A stretch of DNA of 64,000 nt, taken from Chiloscyllium plagiosum. Lineage: Eukaryota. A model generated the notes under the pieces. It saw only the letters and a program-made list of their open reading frames with translations, was not told the DNA's origin and made no database searches. The stretch covers positions 1,347,212-1,411,211 of the forward strand of contig NC_057759.1 of the NCBI RefSeq assembly GCF_004010195.1, written 5' to 3'. The position numbers and the translations under genes were made by a program. Below, one piece after another: positions 1-12,039 of this stretch. Positions within the stretch are counted from its first letter, which is position 1. Each line of letters opens with the position of its first letter.

Positions 1-500
1 ATATCCATTACCTCATCCTATATAATAGATTTTAACAGTTTCCCTATAGACGTGAAGTTAATTGATCTGCAGTTCTCCACATTGTTTTCTTTCATTCGTA
101 AATGGTTGGATCACGTTTACTACCTTCTAGTCATTCAAAGTGGCTTCCAACTGTATAGGGTGCAAAGGGAAATGAAATACATTCATCGACAGTGCATTTA
201 GTACATCTGTTGTTGCTTTTTGTTTCCTGGCATTTTGATGTACATCTGGTCCGTCAGACTTAACAATGCTCTATCCAACTAGATTTTCAAGTGCTACGTT
301 GTTACGGATATGAACTGGCTTTATGTCCATAGTTCCACAATTCTCAAGTTTTGACTCTTGGATATTTTTGGAATCTTCCACCATGAAGACAGTTCCAAAG
401 TAACTGGTTGGTTTTTATAAAATTCGTTCTTATCCACAGTAAATACCCCGTCCCCATTACAAATTTCCACGTTTAACTTTGCTTTTATTTTGGAACAAAG
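1..500 (-). mobile_element. Old CR1-type LINE RT fragment
   Basis: Minus strand resembles the NYRPISLTS..GKLL.SII.DEV region; heavily decayed. Confidence 0.6.
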
Positions 501-504
501 TGAG

Positions 505-1735
505 CACTGCATATGCTGGAGATCAGAGTTGAGAGTGTGGTGCTGAAAAAAACACAGCAGTTTAGGCAGCATCCGAGGAGCGGGAGAATCGACGTTTCGG
601 TAAAAAGAAAGACCTTCATCACGAATATGTGTTGTGAGCTGAGGGGGTGGAGAGATAAATGGGAGTGGGCTGATGCTTGGAGGAAGGTAGCTGAGAGTGC
701 GATAGGCAGATGGAGGTGGGGTTATCGTGATAAGTCGGAGAGAAGAGTTGAGGTGTTAGGTGGGAAGGAAGATGGGCAGGTAGGAGAGGTCACGAGGGTG
801 GTACTGAGTTAGAAGGTTGGAACTGGGAGAAGGTGGAGGAGAGGAACTGAGGACACTAATGAAATCCGCATTGATGCCGTATGGAAGATGAGATGTTCTT
901 CCTCCAGGCATCGGGTGATTAGGGTGTGGCAATGGATGAGGCCCAGCACCTGCTAGCCCTTGACAGAGTGATAGGGGGAGTTAAAGCATTCGGCCTCGGG
1001 CAGTGAGGTTGGTTATTGCAGGTGTGCCAGAGAAGCTCCCCGAAGCGCTGTGCAAGTCAGCATCCTGTTTCCCCAGTGGCGAGAAGTCCACATCAGGAGC
1101 AACGGATACAGTAAATGGCATGTGTGGAAGTGCAGGTAAACCTCTGATGGATGTGGAAGGCTCCTTTGAGGCCTTGGATGGAGGTGAGAGGGGAGTTGTG
1201 GGCGCAGGTTTTGCAATTCCTGCAGTGGAAGTGAAAGGTGCCGAAAGCATGTGGCGATTGGTAGGGGGCTTGGACCTGACAAAAGAGTTGTGAATTCAAT
1301 GGTCTTTACTGAAAGTGGTTGGGGTGGGGAGGGACATATATCTGTTGTGGTGGCATGTGTTTGTCGGTAGTTGAAATGGCAGAGGATGATGCGATGTACA
1401 TCGAGTTTGGTGGGGTGGTCAATGATGCTATCCAGCGCATTTCATTCACTTCCCGCATCTTATCCCTCGAAACCCATCCCTTGAAACCCACCCCTCCAAT
1501 CGCACAAGGACGGAACTCCCTTGGTCCTCACCTTCCACCCCATCAACTCCGTATATGTCGCATCATCCTCCATCATCCTGCACCATTTCCACGACCTACA
1601 AAACGACCCCATCGCTAGAGATATATTTCCCTCTCCACCCATATCCGTTGTCCATAAAGATCATTCCCTCCATAACCTACTTGTCAGATCCACAGCCGCC
1701 ACCAAACTACCCTCCCCTCCCAGCACCAGACTCTG
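505..1735 (-). mobile_element. Penelope-like element 3' part with internal inversion
   Basis: 505-~1400 on - carries the terminus, 3' region and GIY-YIG (RNCKTCAH..., IYCIRCS); ~1420-1735 on + carries LVLTFHPIN...DPIARDIFPSPP. Homologous to 18950-19947. Confidence 0.85.
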
Positions 1736-1739
1736 AATC

Positions 1740-2530
1740 TTTCGTTTATTTTGTTTTCTTTGAAATGTAGATCGTAGATTTAGGTAATCTTTGTCTTTCC
1801 TGGTTTTGCATTTGTGTTCTCCTTTCGATTTATCAGTTTCATGGCCATCATTTTTTGAGGGTAAATTTCTCAGCGTTCTCAGGTGTCCATAATATCTGGA
1901 ATTCTTCTGAAGCTGCTTCCTTTTAGTTAACACAATCTTTAATTTCTTAAGTTAAACATTGGGTTTCACCTTCCCGTTCTTTGGTGTATGTTCCTTAGAG
2001 ATACATACTTTTTTTCAAACTTTGCAGTATTTATATTTCTATAAATAACAATCATTGTTTATCTGCTAAGAAATCTTGTTTTGTGCTTTCCCTATTGTTA
2101 GCTTGACACTCTCACCTCTGGGCTTCCATGATGTTTGACCATAATGGCCAAAAATTCTATGTTGTATGTCGATGCCATATAAAATGCAAGGTATTGTTTT
2201 CACTATTTCTCAAAAGCTGCTTCAGAGCAAGGTTATTAATTAGTTCTTCTGATCACACAGCAACAAATCCGAAATAACCAGCTCTCTCGTTTAGTTCACT
2301 AAATACTCTTCAACCTACTCAGAGACATTTATGGAATTTAGTTTCCACAACATTTGCAGTCACTTAGTTAAGTTTAGATGACAATAGAGATCATCCAATT
2401 TTACTGCAGCACCCATAATACTTGCAAATCTAATTTCCAGAGCATATGATGCACAAAATCTGAGCTACAGTTTGGATTAGATATACATTGCACTGAAGTG
2501 TCCTTCTCCTTGCTATTTGTAAGCTTCACC
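1740..2530 (-). mobile_element. Old CR1-type LINE fragment (endonuclease region)
   Basis: Weak similarity to the decayed CR1 segment at ~30050-30790. Confidence 0.4.
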
Positions 2531-2619
2531 CAAACTGAATTTGTCGGACATGGTAAGTTGCATTATGAGTGATAGACCTGGACAAGACATTCGTTGAGGC
2601 TCACTTCGAAGCTGAGATG

Positions 2620-3130
2620 ATCTGAAGAAATCTCCAGAAAATCAGGATAATATCAATAACCATAGTCACTCTGCCATAATCAGTGTCACCTCTGCTCCCT
2701 CACACTCACTGTATGTCTGTTATCGTACCTACCCCTGAACAATGCTCATGCTCAAGCACTTTCCCCATTGAGTACACCCTCTTTCCTTCAGTCTCTCTTT
2801 CGCCTAAATATTACTGCCCATACTAATAACACTGCATGGATTCAACACTGTGGATTGACTCCGTCCAGCCACATCACCATTCCCGTAGCAATCGACACCA
2901 GTGCTAACCGCAGGGTCATCCACTCTCACCCTCACTCCCTCCATCCCTTTCTCCCAGTCCGGAGGAAGCAGCCTGTAATAAGACAGAAAGAGCCAAGCGA
3001 GTGGTGGAGTGCCCTGCAACGTTCCCTCACCCCCGCTATGTAAGGGTGGGGAAGCTGGCAGAGGTTGGAGAGGACGGGAATGACCTATGTGGAGATTCTG
3101 AAACATTCACGTCCCATCAACTGAGTAAGG
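2620..3130 (+). mobile_element. Possible decayed Harbinger-associated Myb/SANT gene fragment
   Basis: After a CTCCCAG acceptor-like site, frameshifted EAACNKTERAK/GGVP.../LTP/YVRVGKLAEVGEDGNDLCGDSE resembles the recalled AHN.RER.KTGGG.P...LTP.EE motif. Confidence 0.35.
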
Positions 3131-3246
3131 AGCAATGTTCAGTGCCTTCAATTTCATAACACCAGTTACAGCTTTGCAAACTGAAAATAAACCTCTATCT
3201 GTACTCTTTGTTTCATGTTAGTGACAGCTTCACTGTTCCTCTGTCA

Positions 3247-3496
3247 GAAACGACAAAACTGCAGATGCTGGAATCCAAAATAGACAGGCAGGAGGCTGGA
3301 AGAACATAGCAAGCCAGGCAGCATCAGGTGGTGGAGAAACCGACATTTCGGGTGTAACCCGTCTTCAGGGCTCAGAAAATGGAGAAGTTGACGTTTTGCT
3401 TCTCTTCCTTCTTCATGAGCTGATGAACATTACATGCAAAACTTCAACTTCTCTACCTCCTGATGCTGCCTAGCTTGCTGTGTTCTTCCGGTCTTC
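3247..3496. mobile_element. Inverted pair of Penelope-derived termini (older hairpin)
   Basis: GGAAGAACATAGCAAGCCAGGCAGCATCAGG is mirrored by CCTGATGCTGCCTAGCTTGCTGTGTTCTTCC. Confidence 0.75.
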
Positions 3497-3703
3497 GAGC
3501 AGAAAGTGAGGACTGCAGATGCTGGAGATCAGAGCTGAAAATGTGTTGTTGGAAAAGCGCAGCAGGTCAGGCAGCATCCAAGGAACAGGAGAATCGACGT
3601 TTCGGGCATAAGCCTGAAGAAGGGCTTATGCCCAAAACGTCGATTCTCCTGTTCCTTGGATGCTGCCTGACCTGCTGCGCTTTTCCAGCAACACATTTTC
3701 AGC
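3497..3703. mobile_element. Palindromic Penelope-derived mini-element with 13-bp flanking direct repeats
   Basis: Near-perfect ~85-bp arms around 3615-3620; TCTTCCGGTCTTC at 3484-3496 and 3704-3716. Confidence 0.85.
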
Positions 3704-3710
3704 TCTTCCG

Positions 3711-4860
3711 GTCTTCTGTCTGGATCATGTCGGCGACACCAGAAGAAATACATAACAAAAGCAGAGGTTAAAACAAAGGTGAGTCAGCTTTTCCATTATT
3801 TGTCAATTATATCTGCATACCACTTCTATCAGGCAGATCATGACTTCTTTCAGTCTTCTAACACAAGCCATTCGTATTCGGGTCACTCCCAGAACTTTGC
3901 TGCCTTTACATTGGTGTCATTCTTTGGACATATTGAGCAAATTGGGCCAGCTTCCTCTTGCGGTGGGTGGCATGCTTTATTAACGTTACTCTGATTCCCG
4001 AGATGGCCCCTGGTTTTGGATGGCTCAGGCCACTCATCTGCATGATATCACCTACGAAGACTGGATGCTCCATTTTCAAAATAAGGAAAGGTTTGTAATG
4101 AGGGGTATGCTGGGGGTAATCAGAAGACATTATGGGCTCAGTGGATATTCTGGAATAACATCCCCGTCCCTCATCGCTATCAATGTCATCCCCATCTTCA
4201 AACAGGGTCGGTGTAGGCTCGGGATTCTGAATAAAACGCAAGTTCTTTATTACAGCATTGTTGCTTTAACCCTTTTTTATATTACTCAGCCTCAGTGGCC
4301 TTACACTGTTTCTCCTGTGCCCTTCGTTTTTCATCTACACTTTCATCTACACATTCTTTTATCTTCTCCCAACTTTTGGGTGTTCCACCTGCTGTACCCA
4401 TCTATCACCCAATCACATGCATAATTCCTTCAACTGGCCAGTAAGTATCTTTTCATTTACTGTTGGCTTTATACTTCAATTCTCTAATTAATAATTAATC
4501 AATGCAGCCCTGCTTCAAATTAACCATGAGGCAAAGCCACACATCACTGTCAATGTGGTAAGGTACAAACTCAATCGATCTTTGCCAATTAATTCTGATT
4601 ATGTGTGATTCAGGGCTAATGCAATCGGTTCTTTTTCTGTAAAAAAAAATAACTAAGAGAATCATTATATCTAATTGAGAGATGGAAAAGTAACAAGTGA
4701 CTAAGACATTTTAAAAGCCATCAATGTAAACTGGGAACTCATTTATTCAAAATTCGATTTGAAAATGTAAAATGTGTACAGTTTCCATCTCGAAAACCAT
4801 CAGAATAGCCTGGCTCTAGTCACTTTATTTAAATCCCAGATTAGGTACCTTTAGCGGTTC
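3711..4860 (-). mobile_element. gag: Second ERV-A leader/gag fragment
   Basis: Colinear, diverged match to ~24105-25200 (shared TGTCTGGATCATGTC, TTTGGACATATTGAGCAAATT, GGATGGCTCAGGCC, ATTTATTCAAAATTC). Confidence 0.85.
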
Positions 4861-5381
4861 TGACCAGTCACTGCTCATTTACACTGTTAAAGGCTGAGAA
4901 ATGACTGCAGCTGCATCAGAGGTATTGTCTACTCACATGGTAACAAAACATTTCAAATGCACAAATAATGGCCGAATTCAAAGACACACGTATTAACAAT
5001 AAGATATTAAGTTTTGCTATGCGATTTTCAGAACACAATGTTCAATCAATAGTTCAATTCTCAGTGAGGGAGGGAAATTGATACGGAATAAAGCTACAAC
5101 TGGCACTCCATAGTCACCAATGAGATGCAGCAGTCTTAAAAGGAAACAATCGAGTCCGAAACAACAACAAAAGAAATTCCGCCAGTACGATTTTCTGAGG
5201 ACAATATTGTTGTTTGGGTTATTTTGGATCTGTCTTTATACTTTCAGTTCAAATTTTATTTACTAAATTCTATAAGATTTATGTAATTCCTCCACTAAAT
5301 GAGCAAATGTTAAAGTCTGATGTGATTTTCCTCAATGATAGGTTTGGATTATTATTGAAAAAATTTGAACAGATACCTGCT

Positions 5382-5600
5382 GAGTCAATAGTGTGGTGCT
5401 GGAAAAGCACAGCAGGTTAGGCTGCATCGGAGGAGCAGAAGAATGGATGTTTCAGGCATAAGCCCTTCTTCAGGAATGAGCAAGGACTTATGCCCAAAAC
5501 GCTGATTCTCCTTCTCCTCGGATGCTGCCTGACTGCTGTGTTTTTCCAGCACCACACTCTCGACTCTGATCTCCAGCATCTGCATTCCTCACTTTCTTCT
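5382..5600. mobile_element. Palindromic Penelope-derived mini-element
   Basis: Inverted arms GTGTGGTGCTGGAAAAGCACAGCAG... / ...TTTTCCAGCACCACAC; same family as 3497-3703. Confidence 0.8.
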
Positions 5601-5914
5601 AGGCACCGGCTGACGCGAGGATTTAGAGTGCTACCAATTTTACTTCCTTTAGTCAAATCTTTAATTAGTCCAATGAGGTGAAAGTGGGTGAAATTGATCT
5701 TTGGCAGTGGCATGAAATTATGGGAGACTTGAGAGCTGTTTATACTGGTGTCAAATTATAATGTCGTCTTCCTCCATATTAAATTGATTTGAATTTAAAT
5801 ATAATTGGCTTTCATGGAAATATAAAATGTGACTGGCTAGAAATTGACAGTAGAGCAGTTGTGGTTAATATTTCATAAATATTAACCTTTTTGACAAAAT
5901 TTGCATTTCATAAT

Positions 5915-6290
5915 TACTGATGGTTCGTGAAAACCCCTTAAAGAAATTATCTTAATTTACCAAAGTGGAAACTAAATTAGAAACACTCACAGAACTTGAG
6001 CTCCAGGGAGCAAAACACAAATAGTCAATCACCATCAAGCAAATTTTCATTCAAACCAGATCACAAAGAGTGAAACTTTCTGCAAGCTGCAGGGAATCAG
6101 CGCTGAGTCAGAGTCACTCTCCCTCTCTTCTCGCACGCATGTGCACACAGACAGACAGACAGACAGACAGACACACACACACACACACACACACACACGA
6201 AACATTCTGCAGGCTGCAGGGAATCAGCACTGAGTCAGAGTCTCTCTCCCTCTGACTCACAAACACACACGTACACACGAACATTTTCCA
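5915..6290. repeat. Diverged direct copy of 7853-8080 with (GACA)n(CA)n and an internal 50-bp duplication
   Basis: Shared AAATTATCTTAA...CTCCAGGGAGCAA.ACACAAATA.TCAATCACCA.CAAGCAAAT; 6078-6128 repeats at 6205-6253. Confidence 0.8.
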
Positions 6291-7650
6291 AAGTTCTTCC
6301 TATCTCAGTTTGAAGCTTCTGTTTATTCCTTGCTTTTAAGGATAATGAGGTACTCACGTTCCTGAACAGTAGATGTTAGGGAGTTTAGCCTCATAAATCT
6401 TGCCTGTGACATAGAGCAGCTTAAGTATGTGGGCAAACTCTAACTAACTCTCAGCTGTTCCATTTGCAATTCTAGCAATATTTTCATGGCAAATTATTCG
6501 AACCTCTGCATTAGTCTGCGACCTAACATCAGGACCCCCGTCACCTATAATATCAGTGAATTCAAATCTCCTAAAGCCAACAGTCGTTCCGTGGTTCCTT
6601 CTTCAAAGGCTCTAATCCACTTCCCTGCACCCTCATGTATATTAGACAATGCATTTCTCAGCCCCCTCCAGATCATTGGTTCCCCAGGGAATATGTACTG
6701 ATAGTCATCCCACCGATTCAACACCCCCCCCAACACCACCACCACCACCACTATTATATGAGCAAATGCATCATTCTTTTTGATTTTGGATGCTCTTTCT
6801 CCCAGCTATAATCCTCATCCAGGGATTCCTCTTGAGAATCCTGACCCTGATTCCATCCCCAACTCATCCCATCTGTCTCCTGCTGATTCCGGTGGCCCCC
6901 CCACTGTACACACTGTCCTTCTACCTTTCGCCCCTTCCATGGGTCATTCTCCCTCTGACCCCGTTCAATACTCCTTTTACTATTTGTGTTCTCTTACTGC
7001 CCGCAGTAACCTGTGTTTCTCCTCCAAATTCTCTATTTTTATTTTTGATTTTTTACACTTCCGCCCGTAACATCTTTCTCTCATTCGGTCTTTCCATGAT
7101 CAACCCCTTCACTTACAGCCTTTTTTCGTTTGCTTTATCTTTCTCGTCATCTTCCTCAACCAATGAAATTTCTCCTCCTGTTTCCACGGTTCCCTTTGCC
7201 AAAATACATTGATTTGCGTTTTCTGTGTTTGATTAGGGAGGGGGTCTTTCTAGCTTGGATACAAAGGAAGTTTGTCTTCCTGACCTTCAGTTTCAACAGG
7301 CTGCTGTTATTGTTCTTTGGCAGGCTGCCTTTTCACTATAGGTGCCTGGTATACTCTTGTCGGTTTTTATCCCTCACCTCTGAAAGGTTTTAATATTGCT
7401 ATCTCCTGTTCCCTTTTCAGATTCGTCTTAAAATAACCATCTTTTGGCTTGTGATTTTTATTTAATCCTTCCATTTCATCATACTTATTTTTATCAAAAG
7501 AGCCTGATTTTGGCCACTTAATTAATAAGTTCTTAGCTTTTTTTTTTCTAATTTCTGAGAGATCGTCACGATGGCATGTTCTGATACAGGGAATTTTTAC
7601 AAAAAAAACTTCAACTGCAGTTCCTTTATTCGTCTTGACAATTGTTTCAG
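6290..7650 (-). pseudogene. gag: gag remnant of a different ERV family (B)
   Basis: Read across frameshifts: MA-like KWPK/SGSFDKNKYDEMEGLNKNHKPKD...KREQEIAILNL; LERPPP* (7233-7246, PPPY late domain with Y>stop); CA-like IPWGTNDLEG/LRNALSNIHEGAGKWIRAFEEGTTERLLALGDL. Resembles fish class I ERV Gag (recalled). Confidence 0.7.
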
Positions 7651-8084
7651 TCCAGCTAATCTATTTCCTCTATGTTCCCTGTTCATTTCCCTTTGCCGTA
7701 CAAGTCCGGTTGTGCCTCGTCAATTATTATGAGTATTCCCTAACTCTACAGAATGTAATTGTCCCTTAGCAATTAGTCAGTCCCTAAACTTTCTTGGTGT
7801 TCTGTCTCTGCAGAGCCCTACTATTCTGGTGCAGTGTCTGCAGAACTTACTAATCACTGATGCTTCCTTAAAAACCCATAAAAAATTATCTTAAATTTCC
7901 AAATTTCAAATTAAAATCAAAACATTCCCGGATCTCGATCTCCAGGGAGCAAGACACAAATATTCAATCACCAACAAGCAAATGTGCATTCAAGCCAGAT
8001 TACAAAGGGCTAAACTCAGAGTCTCTCTCCCTCTCTGTCTCAAACACACACACACACACGTACACATACACACACACACACAAG

Positions 8085-8350
8085 CATACTGTCCTGTCTG
8101 TGCAGACCCTCGTGAATGGCAGGCAGTATCCACAGCAATTTACTAACAGTACACTGTCCTGTACGTGCAGACTCTGGCGATCGACAAAACGGTATACATG
8201 GGAACATACTAACACAACACTACACTGCTCTGCCCGAGCAGACCCTCATGACGAGCGAGGGAGTATCCACAGGGACTTACTGACACTACAATGCCTGTGC
8301 AGACACTTGCGACTGGAGAGGCGGTATTCACAGGGACTTAATAACACCAC
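8085..8350. repeat. Degenerate ~60-70 bp tandem repeat, about 4 copies (probable ERV-B leader)
   Basis: Recurring TACTAACA..ACACTG...GTGCAGAC.CT...GTATCCACAGGGACT. Confidence 0.75.
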
Positions 8351-8689
8351 GTGGAATTTTATATCAGACAATTTCGATTTTCTATTCCTACTTACTCCAC
8401 GACACAGTTTTCTTGACCAATCCCCTGAGTCTCCTCAAGTTTCAATTTCTTACCAGACTCTGGTTCTTTGGATTGGAAAAGATTGTCTGCACTTTTCTGT
8501 CCCCGATGACCTCTGTCACGCAACAGAATTTAATCTGAATTATCAGCAAAACCCTTATCGCTTTTTCTGGGTGGCCAGTCCTTATTGTGTCAGGCTCGGA
8601 AAGGTCGCCATGGACCGGTAATTGTCCTTGGGCTGCCGCCTCCTTTGCGTAGGGTTTTTGCAGACACTGCAGGCAACACTAATTCTGCT

Positions 8690-9110
8690 GTGGTTGATAG
8701 CACCTTTTAGGAAGGACCAGAGGCCGCAGAGAATTCCTCAAGATTTTAAGCTTTTATTTGCAAACAAAAGCTGTGGCCATCAGAGCAGTCAACCCTGAAA
8801 GCCCGCAAGCAGTGAGAATACGCTCATATTTGTGTTGTTCTAGAAGCCACGCCCTATCCTCGTTACATTAGTATAACCAGTCGCACTAAACCTACATTAT
8901 AGCCCCATAACCATTCACATTCTGCCACAATTGTCTTTTCGATTGCTGCAGACCTTCACCTTTTGTGCCGTGATCATTTTTCTTCACCTTTTGTGACATG
9001 AAAGGCTGCAGTCATGCAAGGCTGACTCGAGCACGTACCCTCGATCTTGCACTTACGCAACATCCCAACATGTATTACTTTGTAGTTATAGATTCATATT
9101 CGCCATATCA
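8690..9110 (-). mobile_element. Candidate 5' LTR of ERV-B
   Basis: Lies upstream of the ERV-B leader; on - begins TGATATG, has a GGGCGTGGC box and AATAAA (8753-8758), and is followed by only a weak PBS-like sequence. Confidence 0.35.
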
Positions 9111-9439
9111 TCATTCCCAAGAATTTTGAATGCATCGATAAGATCAACTCATTCTTCCAAATTCCAAAGTGTACATGTAGGACTGATCAACTCAATCTCT
9201 CGTATTGAGACAGATCCCTCCGTACTTGTTATCAGTATCTTCTCTGATCTGTCTCCAATTCCAACATATTTTTCCTTAAATAAGGGGCCAAACCCCTCAC
9301 AGTTTGCCAGCTGTGATCTTACTTGTATAGTTTTAGCGAAACGTCCACCAGAATCAACAACATCAGAAAGAGCGCCAGTTAGGTTTTCTCATCTCAATAT
9401 GTCAAACACAACATAGAGTCTGTAGCATAGCAAATTATT

Positions 9440-9782
9440 AAATCATAGAAAATGTTAGGATGGAAAGAGGTCATTTGGACCTGCAAGTCAACATTGACTC
9501 TCCAAAGAGCATCCTACCTTGACTCACCTCCCGACCCTGTCCCATAGCCCTGCATTTATCATGGCTAATCCACCGAATCTGCACAACTCCTGAACACTGC
9601 GGACAATTTATCTCGACTAATCCCTACCCGTGTTTAGATTGTCGGACGAAACTGGAGAACCCAGAGGAAAACCACTCTGAAAGCAGGAGAATATGCAAAC
9701 TCTCCGCAGGATGTCACCTAAGGTTGGAATTAAACCTGGTCCCTCGTGCAGTGAGGCAGCAGTGCTGATCGCTGTTCCACAA
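9440..9782 (-). mobile_element. tRNA-derived SINE with CR1-type tail
   Basis: Minus-strand head ...AGCACTGCTGCCTCACTGCACGAGGGACCAGGTTTAATTCC and body GTTTGCATATTCTCC; same family as 29620 and 46612. Confidence 0.75.
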
Positions 9783-10589
9783 CTATTAGGAGAGGAATGG
9801 TTGAGTATCAACAGGAGATATTTGTGCATGATCCAATTAGTTCATGAGAGAGCGGAAGGACAAAGATTTAAACACATTTCTGTCAATGAGATTGTTTCAT
9901 TGGTGCTTGGAATGGACCATGTGAAGACAGTGAACAAAGGAACGATTGAAACCAGGATCATAATTAATCTGAAGAGATTGAATAATTGGATTTTTTTTTA
10001 GTGCAACAGCATGTTGGACCATTAGATGCAATGTTGATGGTGATTGCTGGGAATAGGTAGCTTACCAACTGACAGAGAGGGTTTATAGATGTTTATAAAT
10101 ATTAAATTTGAAGGTATCATAGCTTGGTATGCCAACTACCCTTCCCAAGATCTCAAGAAACTACAGAAAGTCATGAACACAGCCCAGTCCATCATGAAAA
10201 CAACGCTTCCATGCAAATACTCTGCCTTGGTGACGATGCTGAGGTTTGAAGAGATGGATTTGGTCCCTTTTTGAAGAGAAGCAAAGGCAAAGGTGCGACC
10301 AGTCTATCAGAGCCACTAGAGTAACAGCTTCTGAGTCCTTAGATGGATGTAGCCAGCTCTCAAACTAAGATTTCTACAATGCTTTTCGTTTAGATTTAAT
10401 CTAATGCTGTTGTGGGCTTGAAGAAGTGTAAGTTATTTTTTCCCTCCCTCAATGCCTTTGAGATGGTATGTACGTGGGTGTTGGGATGTATTTATGTGTA
10501 TCTGAGAGAGAGTGCGCGTATGAGAGAGGGACTGCCTGAGTGTGTTCATATGTGAAGGTGTGTGCGTGCGTGGGTGTGTGTGTGAGAGC

Positions 10590-10710
10590 GACTGCATTGT
10601 ATAATAGGGTCACCTGTAGTGTGACATGAATTCAAGGTCCTGGCTGAGGCCACCCTCATGGGTAACGAACTTGGCTATCAGCGTCTGTTCAGTCACTCTG
10701 CACTGATAGT
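10590..10710 (-). mobile_element. Penelope ORF C-terminal fragment (second family)
   Basis: Minus strand RVTEQTLIAKFVTHEGGLSQDLEFMSHYR. Confidence 0.55.
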
Positions 10711-12039
10711 TCAAAGGCAGCTCGGGGTGAAAAATAGATTCTGGTCCAGCTAGAGGTGGCAACAACTCAGGAAACACATTATTAAAAAGGTAGCATGGAT
10801 GGGATCATGCAGGGAGATGCGACATTGAATTTCTCAGCATTTGAACACAGTGCCATATAGGAGATTCATTTTTCAGTAATTGTCAGCTGAGAAATAATAC
10901 AGCCGTATCCTACACATTTCAACAAAGAGAGCTCACTATTGGAATAGATTATCCATCCTTTTTAATGCATCACTATTAGATATTGCTGATGATTTCGGGA
11001 AAATTTGTAAACAAGTTTCATAGGAACAAGAGGAGGCCATTCAGCACTTCTCGCCTGTTCCTTCACACAAAAAGATCGTGGCTGATCTGGGGCCTCACTC
11101 CTTTTGTCTGCCTTGAACCCATACCCCTTCATACCCTTTCATACACTTTAATTCATCAAAAATGTCTTTCTCAGATTTAAATTGAACAATTAAATTGGTG
11201 TAGAATGACGTTTGAAGAAGATAATCCCAACACCATAATTCTTCTCGTGTCCACGTTCTCTTCCTTTCCTCATCTACCGGCGATCCTCCCAGCTATTCCA
11301 GCCTGATAAAAAAAAACGGTGCCGACCTTGTCGGCGTGGTCGTGGGCCATTCGTCACCCTTCATCAGCTGCCTGCAACCTCAGGCATTCTCCAGTTTAAC
11401 CACACTCCATCTGGCTTGGGTGGTGAGGGTGGGGTGTTGAGGGCGATATTAAAAAAAACGTTCACAGTTGACCGGCCCGCAGACCGACAAGATGCCGCGC
11501 TGGGAGGGGGAATCTCTCCTATCCCCCTCTACCTCCTCCCCCCTTACCCCAAACCACCATCCTGATCCTTGGGAACATACACAGTCCACGCTCACTCGGC
11601 GCTTTTTCTTTCCGCGAGTCCCAGCATCATTTTATCTTCAGACCCTCCTCCTCATGCCCCGCACGAGATGGCAGTTAATGGCCACCTCGTGCCCCAATTC
11701 ACCGTTGCCAGCTGCATCAGGGTAAAACTGTTTAAGAGGGAGAAACAAAAGGGCCATCTCCGGGCCTGGTCGAACAGATTAATTAAAATATTAATATAAA
11801 TACACGGACAGAGAGGTGGAAGTGAACAAGAAATTGTTCGACAGCACATCAAGATCAAAGGCTAGTTTTCCAAAGGACCTTTGCCCTGGACGCAAAACAG
11901 TGACTCCTCTCTCTCTCTCTCTCTCTATCTCTATCTGTCTACACCCGCCTCCGCACAGATGCTGACAGGTCTGAAGTAAAAGAAAGTTCCTCGGTGGTGA
12001 GTCCTAGTTCTGGAACCTATTAAGGTTCGGTTGGCAGAT

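Noticed and set aside
6780..7393. Plus-strand hydrophobic ORFs (96, 140, 87 aa), also 4020-4424
   Set aside because: Antisense shadows of purine-rich gag on the minus strand.
8100..8621. 173-aa ORF
   Set aside because: Non-ATG start and runs through a tandem repeat; no recognisable domain.
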